Shown in pieces: positions 20,601-31,105 of a stretch of DNA of 64,000 nucleotides. Position 1 is the stretch's first letter; each line of letters begins with the position of its first letter. The notes beneath the pieces are model-generated. The model was given only the letters and a program-made list of their open reading frames with translations, made no database searches and had not been told where the DNA came from. Both the position numbers and the translations under genes were made by a program. The stretch comes from Nitrosopumilus sp. (GTDB lineage: Archaea; Thermoproteota; Nitrososphaeria; Nitrososphaerales; Nitrosopumilaceae): assembly GCA_965197525.1 (NCBI GenBank), contig OZ240211.1:768001-832000 (forward strand), read 5' to 3'.

Positions 20601-21033
20601 AATCTTCACCGTGCTCAACTAGCTTTTGAACAGAAAAGTTATGCAATATACATGCATTGGATTTCACCATAACCGGAACATCTCCAATATGCACAAATCG
20701 TGATTCTAACACCTTCCCATCTTCAACAACACTGGCCTCCATCAAGATAGGTGCCGAGTAAGATACATTTCGCAACCGAGCTTCAGCTGGCGTGATATGA
20801 GTAATTGAGCCATCAAGCTCCATCATTCTTGGTTGCTGTCGTTTAATCTTACCTAGCTGAATTTTATAAGGATACTCTGCATTTTCAATATCAATCTGTG
20901 CGACTTCGTTAATTATACTTTGTAGCCCTCTATCTAAAAATTCATCAAAAGAGTTCAAATGCTGACGTGCAATACCTTCACGTTTTAGAATATCTTGGAT
21001 TACAGGCCAACGTTTAGTAGAAGGATCAGCCAT
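17686..21033 (-). CDS. rpoB: DNA-directed RNA polymerase subunit B
   Basis: GDKFASRHGQKG and GGLRFGEMERD motifs; C-terminal Zn ribbon. Confidence 0.98.
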   Translation of the reverse strand: MADPSTKRWPVIQDILKREGIARQHLNSFDEFLDRGLQSIINEVAQIDIENAEYPYKIQLGKIKRQQPRMMELDGSITHITPAEARLRNVSYSAPILMEASVVEDGKVLESRFVHIGDVPVMVKSNACILHNFSVQKLVEHGEDSNDPGGYFIINGSERVIVGLEDLSYNKIIVDKENVSGNSVFKAKVYSSIVGYRAKLELVMKNDGLIVARIPGSPVDIPVVTLIRALGLESDREIASVVSLVSMIQDELEGSFEKAGDVPTSKDAIVYISKRIAPGMLEEFQIKRAETLLDWGLLPHLGKHPENRKEKAQFLGEAACKLLELKLGWITPDDKDHYGNKVIKFAGQMLADLFRTAFRNLVRDMKYQLERSGQKRGINAVAAAIRPGIITDKLNNAIATGNWGRGRVGVTQLLDRTNYLSTISHLRRIQSPLSRTQPNFEARDLHATHFGRICPSETPEGSNCGLVKNLALSGIISVNVPSEEIVEKLYELGTVHFFDAKEDLKQDGARIFVDGRLIGYYKDGNELAESLRTLRRSSKIHPHVGVSFHQSGIDGSTKRLYANCNAGRVLRPLIIIKDGKPLLTSDHLDKISKKLLSWTDLLRMGILEMIDANEEENCYITLDENVVNQHTHLEVFPPAILGAGASIIPYPEHNQSPRNTYESAMAKQSLGFSTPMMNTSTYVRQHFMLYPQVPIVNTKAMKLLGLEDRPAGQNCVVAVLPFDGYNIEDAIVLSKASVDRGLGRTFFYRIYDAEAKQYPGGMRDTFEIPNADDNIRGYKGERAYRLLEDDGVVASEVPVKGGDILIGKTSPPRFMEEYREFESSGPYRRDTSIGVRPSETGVIDTVVMTQSNEGGKMYKIRARDMRIPEIGDKFASRHGQKGVLGILAKAEDLPYTAEGMSPDVLINPHAFPSRMTVGMMMESICGKAAAFRGKRFDGSAFVGEKMDEVKEVMSAHNFEYSGKEIMYDGRTGKSFPVEVFIGVVYYQKLHHMVADKIHARARGQVQMLTKQPTEGRARGGGLRFGEMERDCLIAYGASMILKDRLLDESDKSDIFVCERCGLVAYHDVKQRKYVCRVCGDKAKVSSVSVAYAFKLLLQEMQSLNVAPRLLIKERI

Positions 21034-21309
21034 TTAGAATTCCACCACGTATCGATAGTATAGACTCTCACCGGCAGTTGGACTTTGTCGTGTGATTTTA
21101 ATCATATCGCCTGGCTTGACACCAAGACCCAATATTGCAGGATCGTTTACGTAGATTAACGGTAGTTCTGTTGGTTTACAGTTGTATTTTTTCAGAATGG
21201 ACTCTGCTTCTGCCTTTATAATAATTTCATGTTTTGGGACGTAGATGTGGTCTGGCACTAGTACCTGATTCTTCTTAATAGCCAACTGTAACCCCCCTTT
21301 TACGTTCAA
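21034..21309 (-). CDS. rpoH: DNA-directed RNA polymerase subunit H (Rpo5)
   Basis: HIYVPKHEI...LPLIYVNDP...YYRYV. Confidence 0.95.
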   Translation of the reverse strand: MNVKGGLQLAIKKNQVLVPDHIYVPKHEIIIKAEAESILKKYNCKPTELPLIYVNDPAILGLGVKPGDMIKITRQSPTAGESLYYRYVVEF

Positions 21310-21467
21310 ATTTAGATAAAATAGCGAATAATATACACAAACTGTCCAAAATTTAAATGCAGGTTAATATATATCTAATCAGAAGACCGCCCAAAATTAA
21401 GGTTTTTCCCCTTTTGTCAACATTGTTTTACGTAACCTTAAATAAGATAAGTCTAAGGCTAAGAATA

Positions 21468-22307
21468 ATGAAAGAACGTCTAACGGTGTTTGCAGTACTT
21501 GCAGTTTTAGTTGTAAGTATAGGCATGACACCAGCATTTGGACAGACACAAGGCGCCATTGTTGTTAGTACTGATAAACCATCTTATGCCGATGGGGAGG
21601 TAATACTGGTAACAGGCGAAGTCAGAGATAGATATTCGGGATTGCAAGTAAGCATAGTCATGATAGCTCCTAACGAAAATAGAGTAGGGCTTGCTCAAGT
21701 TGATGTAAATAATGACAAAACATTCAGTCATGAATTTAGAGCAGGCGGACTAATGACAGTTGACGGAATGTATACAGTTGCAGTTCAGTACGGAGGAGCA
21801 AGTAATTCAGCAGAAACGACGTTTGAGTTCGGAGGAGCAATGGAAATCAAACCAGTGAAAGACTACCCTCCAGGAATAAATGCAACACATGTAATGATTG
21901 AAGGTGCCAGTGATCTGATATTATATGAGATCACAAACGGTAGAATACTAGGTGTTACACCTATAGTAGACGACAATTCATTGGTAGTATCTATTGAGAC
22001 TACAGGTGATGGGTCACTGCAACTTACAATACCTAGAACTGTACTTGAATCAGTTACAGACGGTAGTGATGACGATGTGTTTATCCTAGCTGATGGCGAA
22101 GAGTATGACGACTATGAGATAACTGTGACAGACACTGATAGAACGATCACTATACAGTTCAAAGAAGGGACTGAAGAGATTGAGATAATCGGTACATGGG
22201 TAATCCCAGAGTTCGGCACAATCGCAGCAATGATTTTAGCAATCGCAATTATATCAATAATTGCAATTTCTGCAAGATCAAAACTTAGTATTATACCAAG
22301 ATACTAA
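21468..22307 (+). CDS. PEFG-CTERM sorting-domain surface protein
   Basis: Signal peptide; C-terminal IPEFGTIAAMILAIAIISIIAISARSK. ATG at 21468. Confidence 0.88.
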   Translation: MKERLTVFAVLAVLVVSIGMTPAFGQTQGAIVVSTDKPSYADGEVILVTGEVRDRYSGLQVSIVMIAPNENRVGLAQVDVNNDKTFSHEFRAGGLMTVDGMYTVAVQYGGASNSAETTFEFGGAMEIKPVKDYPPGINATHVMIEGASDLILYEITNGRILGVTPIVDDNSLVVSIETTGDGSLQLTIPRTVLESVTDGSDDDVFILADGEEYDDYEITVTDTDRTITIQFKEGTEEIEIIGTWVIPEFGTIAAMILAIAIISIIAISARSKLSIIPRY

Positions 22308-23579
22308 ATTTTATTTTTTTTATATTTTTTAAGACAGATATAGACAATATGCTCATCACTGTAAAATTAGATAAATGCACACATACAACAAGAACAGCAT
22401 GATGCGATATATTATTAATTAAAATTATTACAATAATACAAAGCAGATTTTCTATAAACAGCATACTTGTGTAAAATCACTCAAAAGTAAATAATTCACA
22501 TTGTATCACTAAATATGACTACAATATGTGATGAAAATCACATACGTCTACACAAACAATACATTGCTAGACGGATTTTGGCATGAAATCAAAGCTGTGG
22601 AATGTCAGTAAAGTCACATGTGACAAACATGACAAGACAGAAAAAATGAACAAGATACACTAGTTGAAGAGGGTAAGAAACCGTAAATGACGGCATGGTG
22701 CTATATTAATAATATATAACATATCAAAGTATGCAATAGCAAGATTAACAAAATATAACTATGGATAATAAATAATACGCCTAATAATAAATATAAACAG
22801 TTAAAAGTGTATATTGTTATATCGATAAATAATGACTTGATACGTATTATAATCTAATTAAAAACAATAAACAGAGTATAAAACAGTATATGATTTGTAA
22901 AGTTATCAGAGACTATTAAAACATGACATGGGACAGGTTATACATGAAGACAGCTTGTAGATTTTAGAATTTGTGAAAAAGAGTATCTATATTGTTGTAA
23001 AATCTAATCACATACAAAAGGATAAGTGCAGAATATTATATAATAAACAAAATTAATAATGCAAAATCAATGATGATGGAAAATCTGATACGTGTATTGG
23101 TGCGTATAAAAACAATTCATCAAGCATGCATTTTATCATGTGTAGGTAAATGTTGGCATGTAACAAGCTATGGTTTTAAAATAAAGCATATTTGATGGGC
23201 ACATTACAAGTTTGGCAATAATTTAAAGTGTTATAAACATAGCAGACAATGACAGCATGGTAGACAGAGACCCAAATTATCAAAAACGTTGATTTGATTG
23301 AGTAGCACACGATAGAATAAATCAAAGTACAAGAAATTTAGTAGACGGCGACTAATGAGGTCAGAAGAGACAAAAATGCATAAAATCCAAGAGATAAAAA
23401 CAAATGTCAATTGTTTGTAAGATACGAACGAATATCAGAGAAGCGAGAGTTATCCTTTTAAAAACAGATGGTGTAAAGTATAACATATTCTGTAAAAAAA
23501 ATCAGACATAATTCTACAAAATTTCAGATAGAATCATTTTTAAACATACATAAATAACAGTATAATGTGATAAAACAGG

Positions 23580-24443
23580 ATGAGTTTTAAACGTACGATG
23601 ACATCAATGACAATACTAGTAATGTCGCTATCGTTAATCTCAATGGCGTCAGTGCAGCAAGATGCTTTTGCTGCAGGTACGGGAATAGCCATTACTGCTA
23701 CGGCTGATAAGGGCTCAGATACAATAACTGTTAATGGTAGAACATTATCAGATATTTCAGATGTTACATTCAAGATAACATCTCCGACAGGAAACAATAT
23801 TGTTGCAATCGAGCAGTTATCGCCTGATGAGAATGGTGAGTTTATGGTAGAATTTAAGATTGGTCCAACATGGACAGAGGATGGATACTATCAGATTACA
23901 GCTAAACAAGGCACGGGAGCAAATTCATTTTATACGCTAAATGTCTTCGCCGAAGTGATTGATGGCAGAGCCATGCAGACTGTGGCGACGGAATCGAATC
24001 TAGAGACAGGAATCTTTACACCACGTGGGACTAACGTTGCAACAAATGCAGGAATAACACTTGATCCAATAGACGCCGTACAAGGTTCAACAACGTTTAC
24101 AGTTACGGGAACAACTGACAGGGTAAGTCAGGATGTTACGATAACTGTGAATGCGCCAAACGGAAATGTAGTAACAGTTGGCCAAGTATCACCAACAATT
24201 GATGGAGATTTTACCACTGAGATTACAGTAGGAGGATCACTGTGGAAGCAAGATGGTATTTATACGGTAACTGTGACACAGTTAGATGACCCAAGCTATT
24301 CAGCATCCGCTGAAATAGATATCAAAGAGGGTGTCGTGGTGCCAGAATTCGGTACAATTGCAGCCATGATTCTAGCAGTAGCAATCATCTCAATAATTGC
24401 AATATCTGCAAGATCAAGACTAAGTATCATACCAAGATACTAG
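23580..24443 (+). CDS. PEFG-CTERM sorting-domain surface protein (two Ig-like repeats)
   Basis: Signal peptide; duplicated ITSPxGN...WxxDGxY module; VPEFG plus TM tail. Confidence 0.88.
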   Translation: MSFKRTMTSMTILVMSLSLISMASVQQDAFAAGTGIAITATADKGSDTITVNGRTLSDISDVTFKITSPTGNNIVAIEQLSPDENGEFMVEFKIGPTWTEDGYYQITAKQGTGANSFYTLNVFAEVIDGRAMQTVATESNLETGIFTPRGTNVATNAGITLDPIDAVQGSTTFTVTGTTDRVSQDVTITVNAPNGNVVTVGQVSPTIDGDFTTEITVGGSLWKQDGIYTVTVTQLDDPSYSASAEIDIKEGVVVPEFGTIAAMILAVAIISIIAISARSRLSIIPRY

Positions 24444-24504
24444 GATCACAATTTTTTTCTATGTTTAAATATACATAAATAGAGCGGATATAAAATACAA
24501 TTAG

Positions 24505-25389
24505 ATGAACAGTCGTACGTCGTTCGCACTACTAGCTCTTTTGACAGTAATTAGTACACTAACTGTCACATCGGCATATGCCCAAGGTGATCTTCCTCCT
24601 GCATGTGCAGGTTGCGGCGAAATAGATCCACGAATGGCAGCAGAACAATTCTTGGCTGCAGATATTCCAATATCTATTTGGACCGATAAAACAGAGTACG
24701 ACCACGATGATGTAATTGTGGTAACAGGCAAAGTGGCAAATGTAATTTCTGGAGTTCCAGCTACATTGACAATCACAAGTCCATTAAACAACATCGTCAA
24801 TGTTGCCCAACTTGACATTACAGAAGATGGTAGTTTTGAGACTACAATATCAACAGCAGGTCAATCGTGGAAGTACAATGGTGCCTATAAAATTACAGCA
24901 AATTACGGCAGTAATGAAAGATCCAATAGTGCGCAAATCAAAATAACTGGTCTATATGAAGGTCCAGGCGGTACAATGCAAAAAGACAACATCCAATGTG
25001 ATGCAGGTAGTCTAGCAGTAGATGACCAATGTGTGCCTTTTAGTATTTCAGGCGGAATGGTAACTAGTGCAACACTCAACATAGATGACAAGTCAATTGT
25101 CATTAACATCGATTCTGAAGATGATGGAACATTAACAATAAATCCATCAAAAGCAGTTCAAGATGGCATATTTTTGGTGTTAGTTGACGGAGAAGAATGG
25201 GACGATGCTGAAATTGTTGACAACAACGTAACAGTAATGTTCCCAGCAGGTACTGAACAAATCGAAATATTTGGTACCTTCTTGATTCCAGAGTTTGGTA
25301 CAATCGCAGCCATGATTCTAGCAGTAGCAATCATCTCAATAATTGCAATATCTGCAAGATCAAGACTAAGCATTATGCCAAAATACTAA
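24505..25389 (+). CDS. PEFG-CTERM sorting-domain surface protein
   Basis: Signal peptide; IPEFG plus TM tail. Confidence 0.88.
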   Translation: MNSRTSFALLALLTVISTLTVTSAYAQGDLPPACAGCGEIDPRMAAEQFLAADIPISIWTDKTEYDHDDVIVVTGKVANVISGVPATLTITSPLNNIVNVAQLDITEDGSFETTISTAGQSWKYNGAYKITANYGSNERSNSAQIKITGLYEGPGGTMQKDNIQCDAGSLAVDDQCVPFSISGGMVTSATLNIDDKSIVINIDSEDDGTLTINPSKAVQDGIFLVLVDGEEWDDAEIVDNNVTVMFPAGTEQIEIFGTFLIPEFGTIAAMILAVAIISIIAISARSRLSIMPKY

Positions 25390-25417
25390 AATCATACAAC
25401 TTTTTCATTTTTTCATT

Positions 25418-26320
25418 TTGAATAGTAAAGAAAATATAGAAATAGACATGATAAAGACTGTGAATAGTAATGCAATGATGTATTGTTTTTCAGTATTACT
25501 AATAATAATAATAACAGCAGCAGCAGCAGCTGTAGCAGTAATCCCCACCCCAACAGTATTTGCCCAAGAATCGATAGTATCTGTCCAAACAGACGATAAC
25601 CATTATGATGAAGGAGACACCATTGTAATTTCAGGAGTTGTAACTACAATCATTAGTAATACACCTGTAACATTACAAGTATATTTTGAAGGCAACATAC
25701 AAGATATTGCACAGATCACAGTAGCGCAAGATGGAAGTTATTCCCACACAATACTTGCCGAAGGAGCACGTTGGGGTAACCAAGGCAAATATTCTGTCAC
25801 AGTAGCATACGGAAAGGGAAACACTGCAGAGACTGTCTTTACTTATTCACCAAAATCAGAAATAATTACAACTAGCAATCACTTTGAGGTGAGTGCCGGA
25901 AGTCATGGAACATTTGATGTAGATTATACAATTGTAGGAGGAGCGGTTGACAATATGGAGATAGAGTATAGCAGTCTTGCATTAAAAGTAGAGATAACAG
26001 CAACAGCTGATGAGGGATCAATCACATTAGATCTTCCAAGAGATTTCATAGGTGCAGAAAATGAGAACGGAAGAGATGAGATCTGGATAGTCCTAATAGA
26101 CAATATACCAGTATCATATTCAGAGTCAGGACTGCAAGAAGATTCAAGAATTATAACAATTAGTTTTGAGGAAGGAGATTCTGATATTTTGATAATTGGG
26201 ACATATGTTGTTCCCGAGTTTGGAACAGTTGCCATGATGGTAATATTGGTAATAGGAGTTACTGCTACTGTTTTAGTTTTGAATAGTAATAATAAATTTC
26301 AAATAATAACCAAGTTTTAA
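25418..26320 (+). CDS. PEFG-CTERM sorting-domain surface protein
   Basis: Hydrophobic N-terminus; VPEFG plus TM tail. Start may be a downstream ATG. Confidence 0.85.
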   Translation: MNSKENIEIDMIKTVNSNAMMYCFSVLLIIIITAAAAAVAVIPTPTVFAQESIVSVQTDDNHYDEGDTIVISGVVTTIISNTPVTLQVYFEGNIQDIAQITVAQDGSYSHTILAEGARWGNQGKYSVTVAYGKGNTAETVFTYSPKSEIITTSNHFEVSAGSHGTFDVDYTIVGGAVDNMEIEYSSLALKVEITATADEGSITLDLPRDFIGAENENGRDEIWIVLIDNIPVSYSESGLQEDSRIITISFEEGDSDILIIGTYVVPEFGTVAMMVILVIGVTATVLVLNSNNKFQIITKF

Positions 26321-26718
26321 TGACTGCTAGAGGCCACAAATAAATCCCAAAATAATGGTCTGTTAAGTTAGGTTCTTGACAGGTTTGTACGATACGTTGA
26401 TGTCATCAATGACGATGATTCGATCAGGATCATTCCAAAAACCTGAATGCCAAAAAAGTCATGACGTGGAATTGATAATATCCTAAAGAATAGCGGATTC
26501 TCATTGGTATCATTCAACAGATTTGAAGCTGCTGGGTCAGGGTCTGAACTATTTCCCACTCTTAGACTTCATGCGTATTTTTTAGATACAGACAGGTTTT
26601 CGAATTCTGCTAGGATTTTTTTTTTTTGCATGTTTTGGGAGAAGAGCCCGAAAACATCCCAAGTTTACAGTCACATAAAAATATCAACTAACTTACCAGT
26701 GCACAAAATAACACTTGT

Positions 26719-27909
26719 TCAAGTATCAGATCTAAAAGAATATTTTGTTTTAAACGGAGAAAATGATCGCAATTCTTTTACTATTTGTTTAAGAGAAGAT
26801 ACAGTCTGGATTATCTCTTTTTCATGATTAAAAATTCCAACAGTTAATCGTAAAGAACCGGTAATCTGCTCGTGAGAAAATCCCATAGCCTGTAAAACAT
26901 GAGATGCTTTTTGAGTATTGACAGAGCATGCAGAGCCTGTAGATGCAGCAATACCATGCTCATCAAGTTTGAGAATGAGATCCTCCCCATTTACACCAAG
27001 AAAGGTAAAATGAGCGTTATGTGGCAATCGGTGTTTAGGATCACCATTAAGAGTTGCCTGAGGAATATCGTGTAGCACTTTATCAACTAGGGTATCCCTA
27101 AGCGTAGTCATAAAACTAGTATTCATAGACAGGTTATTTCGTGCCAGTTCGCACGCTCTGCCGAATCCAACAATACTGGCAACATTTTCAGTTCCAGAAC
27201 GCAACCCACGTTCTTGTCCACCGCCTAAAATTATTGGGTTCATATCAATACCATTTTTTATGTATAATGCACCAACCCCTTTAGGACCGTAAAGTTTGTG
27301 AGAGGATATCGACATCAGATCAATTCCTAATTCTTTTACATCAATAGGAACCTTACCTACGGCTTGAATAGCATCAGTATGAAAAAGGATTTTATGTTTA
27401 TTGCATATTGTAGAAATATCAGAGATTGGCTGAATGGTACCTACCTCATTATTACCAAACATTATCGAAACAATACATGTGCGATTCGAAATCTTGGATT
27501 CTAATTCAGAGGGATCAACCATGCCAAATGAGTCAACTGGTAGATGAATAACATTGAATCCGTCTTGAGCCAATTTTTTACAGGGCTCTAAAATTGCATC
27601 ATGCTCAATTTGGGATGTAATAACATCATGACAAGAATTATTTTTTGACGTTTTAGATGCCATTGCAGTCATACCCATCAATACGGTATTGTTTGATTCT
27701 GTACCTCCAGAAGTTATTAAGATTTCAGATGGATCAGCATTGATTAATAACGCAATCTGTTTTTTTGCTTTTTCTATAGCTCTACGTGCAAATCTGCCAT
27801 ACCTATGGAGCGATGACGGATTTCCGTACTCCTCTTTGAGGTAAGGTAGCATTGCAGTCAGGACGTCTTGGTGTATAGGAGTAGACGCGGCATTGTCAAG
27901 ATATATCAA
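26719..27909 (-). CDS. iscS: Cysteine desulfurase (IscS/NifS class I)
   Basis: IYLDNAAST, SSHKLYGPKG (PLP Lys) and STGSACS (catalytic Cys). Confidence 0.95.
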   Translation of the reverse strand: MIYLDNAASTPIHQDVLTAMLPYLKEEYGNPSSLHRYGRFARRAIEKAKKQIALLINADPSEILITSGGTESNNTVLMGMTAMASKTSKNNSCHDVITSQIEHDAILEPCKKLAQDGFNVIHLPVDSFGMVDPSELESKISNRTCIVSIMFGNNEVGTIQPISDISTICNKHKILFHTDAIQAVGKVPIDVKELGIDLMSISSHKLYGPKGVGALYIKNGIDMNPIILGGGQERGLRSGTENVASIVGFGRACELARNNLSMNTSFMTTLRDTLVDKVLHDIPQATLNGDPKHRLPHNAHFTFLGVNGEDLILKLDEHGIAASTGSACSVNTQKASHVLQAMGFSHEQITGSLRLTVGIFNHEKEIIQTVSSLKQIVKELRSFSPFKTKYSFRSDT

Positions 27910-28724
27910 TCGGCCATCACGTTAATTTTTCCTGGTCTGTATCCTTCTGCATCGATTTTGACTGTATTGAAGCCAATCAATTTTAATTTTTCAGTGATCT
28001 GCTGTAATGTGACACCATCAATGGCAGGTATCATTTTTTTATCTACTTCGATCTTGGCAGAACCGTCAATGTCACGAACTCGAACCTGTTTGATGTTTGT
28101 TAGTTGTTTGATGATGGTCTCACCTAACTCTATACGAGTTAGTCTCTCAGCAGTAACTTTGGTGCCCCAAGGGATTCTAGACGCTAGGCATGAATTTGAT
28201 GGCTTGTCATATACAGACAGACCAACCATCTCTGCTGCTTCTCTAACCTGAGATTTGGAAAAACGGGTATCAACTAGAGGACTTTGGATTCCATTCTGCC
28301 TTAATGCTTGAATGCCAGGCCTATAGTCACGGAGGTCGTCAAGATTGGTACCATCGACGATAACTGTAATGTTGTGCTGTTTTGCTAGCTGAACTAGTTT
28401 ACTTCCCAGCTCCATCCTACAATGGAAGCACCTGTTTGAATCGTTTTTTGTAAACTCGTCGTTCTCAAGTTCGTTATAGTTTAAGACGAGTTGTGTGATG
28501 CCAATCTCAGAACAGACGTGTTTGGCAGTAGCAAGTTCTTCTTCTGACAGAGTCTTATAGTCAGCAGTTACAGCAATAGACGCATTACCTAGTTTTTGAA
28601 ATGCAGCGTATGCTACAAGTGCACTATCAACACCTCCTGAAAGCGCAATCATTACTCTTTCTTTGCCCTCAAACCAATTTACAAGATCATCAAGGGCAGT
28701 CATTGCTACTCTCCAATTTTTCAA
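27906..28724 (-). CDS. larE: ATP-dependent sulfur transferase LarE (nickel-pincer cofactor)
   Basis: PP-loop ALSGGVDS, RCFHCR, SCLASRIP and QVRVR motifs. Confidence 0.9.
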   Translation of the reverse strand: MKNWRVAMTALDDLVNWFEGKERVMIALSGGVDSALVAYAAFQKLGNASIAVTADYKTLSEEELATAKHVCSEIGITQLVLNYNELENDEFTKNDSNRCFHCRMELGSKLVQLAKQHNITVIVDGTNLDDLRDYRPGIQALRQNGIQSPLVDTRFSKSQVREAAEMVGLSVYDKPSNSCLASRIPWGTKVTAERLTRIELGETIIKQLTNIKQVRVRDIDGSAKIEVDKKMIPAIDGVTLQQITEKLKLIGFNTVKIDAEGYRPGKINVMAD

Positions 28725-30003
28725 TCTCTCGTCTAAGTAATGATTCTGTCTCCCTTATTGATTTACCAAGAATGTCAGATATTCTCTTTAGATCATCAAA
28801 CTCTATCTTCAAGCTAACGTTTCCCTTAAAAAAAGAACGCTTGTAATTTACATGAAATGTTTGATCATTTAAGGTCAGAGAGGCATTATGAGAAGAACGA
28901 GAGACGATAAATCGTGTTGAATCAGATACGCGAATTCCCAATGTTCCAGTCTCAGATATCAAAGTGTCGACTATTCCATCGATGGTATCACCAGTACAGA
29001 TAACAGATACAAGATTTGTAGGTCTTCCTTTTTTTGTAATTCCGTGATAGATGGAGATGTCTAGTGCGCCTCGGCTCATGACTTTTTCAACAAGGTTTCC
29101 CAGGATCTCACCTGAGACGTCATCAAGATTTGTTTCAAGAATCTTCACAGAATCGGTTTTAAGAGCATCATCGCAGTTGTGGTTATTGTTAGAGGTATTG
29201 TGATTGTCTTCTTTTTCATATTTGTTATTGTTATCAGCTCCAACTACAGATCCACGAATAACTTTCAAAACGTTTGCAAAGCTATCAAAATCATTCTGTC
29301 CAGCGCCATACCCAACTGAATCAACTTGCATTAATGGGCAATACCTTGCAGATTCATTTACCAGGTTTACTAGTATACATGCACCAGTAGGAGTTGTAAG
29401 CTCTTGATCCGCATCGCTACCTTGAATAATTAAATCAGAGTTCTTAAAGATCTCAAGAATTGCACTTGCGGGATTAGACATCGTGCCATGGGAAAAAGTT
29501 ACAGATCCACTGCCAACTGAAACAGGAAGGCAGAGAATCCTTTCATCAAATAGATCTAAATCTTCTAACGCAATTGTAACGCCTACGATATCAATGAGTG
29601 TATCAATGCTTGATGCTTCGTGAAGATGAACAGACTCCCTTGCAACACCGTGAATCTTTGATTCAGAGGAGATCAGAGTATCAATGCAAGAGTCTGCAAA
29701 AATTTGTGCCTTCTGGGACAGTCCGAGTTCCAAGACAGAGTGAGCAATCGCTTCTTTGATTGCAGTACCGCTACGTTGACTAACAGAATCTTCGACTAGT
29801 CCTAATGCTAGTTGGAGAGAACTAATACCATGTTTTTGAATCCTCTCAAGAGCAATATGTGATATTGTAGATTCCGGAAGGAATTGAGCCGATCTTTTGA
29901 CTCCTTGGATAACTTTGTCTTTGTCAGCACCTAGATCGACTAGGGAACACAATAACATATCACCTGACACTCCTGCAATCTGAGGATCAATAACAACGAC
30001 CAT
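28690..30003 (-). CDS. larC: Nickel insertase LarC
   Basis: GVSGDMLL, VHLHEASSIDTLIDIVG, ELTTPTGA, ETNLDDVSGE and ETGTLGIR motifs. Confidence 0.92.
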   Translation of the reverse strand: MVVVIDPQIAGVSGDMLLCSLVDLGADKDKVIQGVKRSAQFLPESTISHIALERIQKHGISSLQLALGLVEDSVSQRSGTAIKEAIAHSVLELGLSQKAQIFADSCIDTLISSESKIHGVARESVHLHEASSIDTLIDIVGVTIALEDLDLFDERILCLPVSVGSGSVTFSHGTMSNPASAILEIFKNSDLIIQGSDADQELTTPTGACILVNLVNESARYCPLMQVDSVGYGAGQNDFDSFANVLKVIRGSVVGADNNNKYEKEDNHNTSNNNHNCDDALKTDSVKILETNLDDVSGEILGNLVEKVMSRGALDISIYHGITKKGRPTNLVSVICTGDTIDGIVDTLISETGTLGIRVSDSTRFIVSRSSHNASLTLNDQTFHVNYKRSFFKGNVSLKIEFDDLKRISDILGKSIRETESLLRREIEKLESSNDCP

Positions 30004-30086
30004 GATTGGAAATTATCAAAAATACTTATAAATTCGACTATAACCCAGCCATTAGATTTAATTATCAACGTTCAAGACAAAATTTC

Positions 30087-31001
30087 ATGATTACAATAAT
30101 TGGTTCTGGAAAAGTAGGCGGAGATGCTGCACTATTCTCGGCATTAAAAAAGATAGATAACGAAATTTTACTGCTAGATGTAGTAAAAGGGCTCCCACAA
30201 GGAGAGGCAATGGATATTAATCACATGCTATCAGAGCAAGGAATCGATGTAGAAGTAAGAGGTTCAAATGATTTTTCAGACATGAAAGGATCAAATGCTG
30301 TTGTGGTAGTAGCAGGGTCAGGAAGAAAACCAGGAATGACAAGGATGGATCTATTGAAGATTAACTCATCGATTGTAAAGAGCGTTGTAGAGAATATCAA
30401 AAAATACGCAGACGACTCTATAATAATACCAGTTACAAACCCACTTGACCCCATGACATACATCACTTACAAAGTATCAGGATTTGACAAGAGTAGAGTA
30501 TTTGGGATGGGAGGAATGCTTGATTTATCAAGATTTAAACAATTCATTCATCAGGCAACGGGATACTCGCGTGACTCTATCAGAGCACTAGTGATCGGAG
30601 AGCATGGAGAGAACATGTTGCCACTTCCGAGATTTTCAACAGTTTCAGGCATCCAACTATCATCATTTCTCTCAAAAGAAAAGCTAGATCAACTAGTTCA
30701 GGATACAAGACAAGTTGCAGCCAAAGTAATCGAATTGAAAGGATCCACAGTCCATGCACCAGGAAATGCAATATCGGCAATTCTAGAATCGATTCTAAGA
30801 GACAGGAAACAAGTAATACCGGTTGCAGCATATCTTGATGGCCAATATGGTCACTCAGATGTTACAATAGGCGTTCCTGCAGTTATTGGAAAAAACGGCA
30901 TAGACAGGATTGTAGAGTTGGATTTAGATGAGAATGAGAGGCAGGTATTTGATAAAGCAGTCACGGTTGTAAAAAGCGCGATTACAAGCATAAAGATCTA
31001 A
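30087..31001 (+). CDS. mdh: Malate dehydrogenase (LDH-like archaeal type)
   Basis: IIGSGKVG; [11 protein letters not shown] (MDH-type Arg); IGEHG. ATG at 30087. Confidence 0.93.
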   Translation: MITIIGSGKVGGDAALFSALKKIDNEILLLDVVKGLPQGEAMDINHMLSEQGIDVEVRGSNDFSDMKGSNAVVVVAGSGRKPGMTRMDLLKINSSIVKSVVENIKKYADDSIIIPVTNPLDPMTYITYKVSGFDKSRVFGMGGMLDLSRFKQFIHQATGYSRDSIRALVIGEHGENMLPLPRFSTVSGIQLSSFLSKEKLDQLVQDTRQVAAKVIELKGSTVHAPGNAISAILESILRDRKQVIPVAAYLDGQYGHSDVTIGVPAVIGKNGIDRIVELDLDENERQVFDKAVTVVKSAITSIKI

Positions 31002-31105
31002 TCTGTTTTTATACTGCTTGAATCTGTACGCATTAAAAAGACTGTAGATATTATTATAACTATATGATCTAAGCATTTTTTTATGCTATCAAGTAAAAGA
31101 TATCA

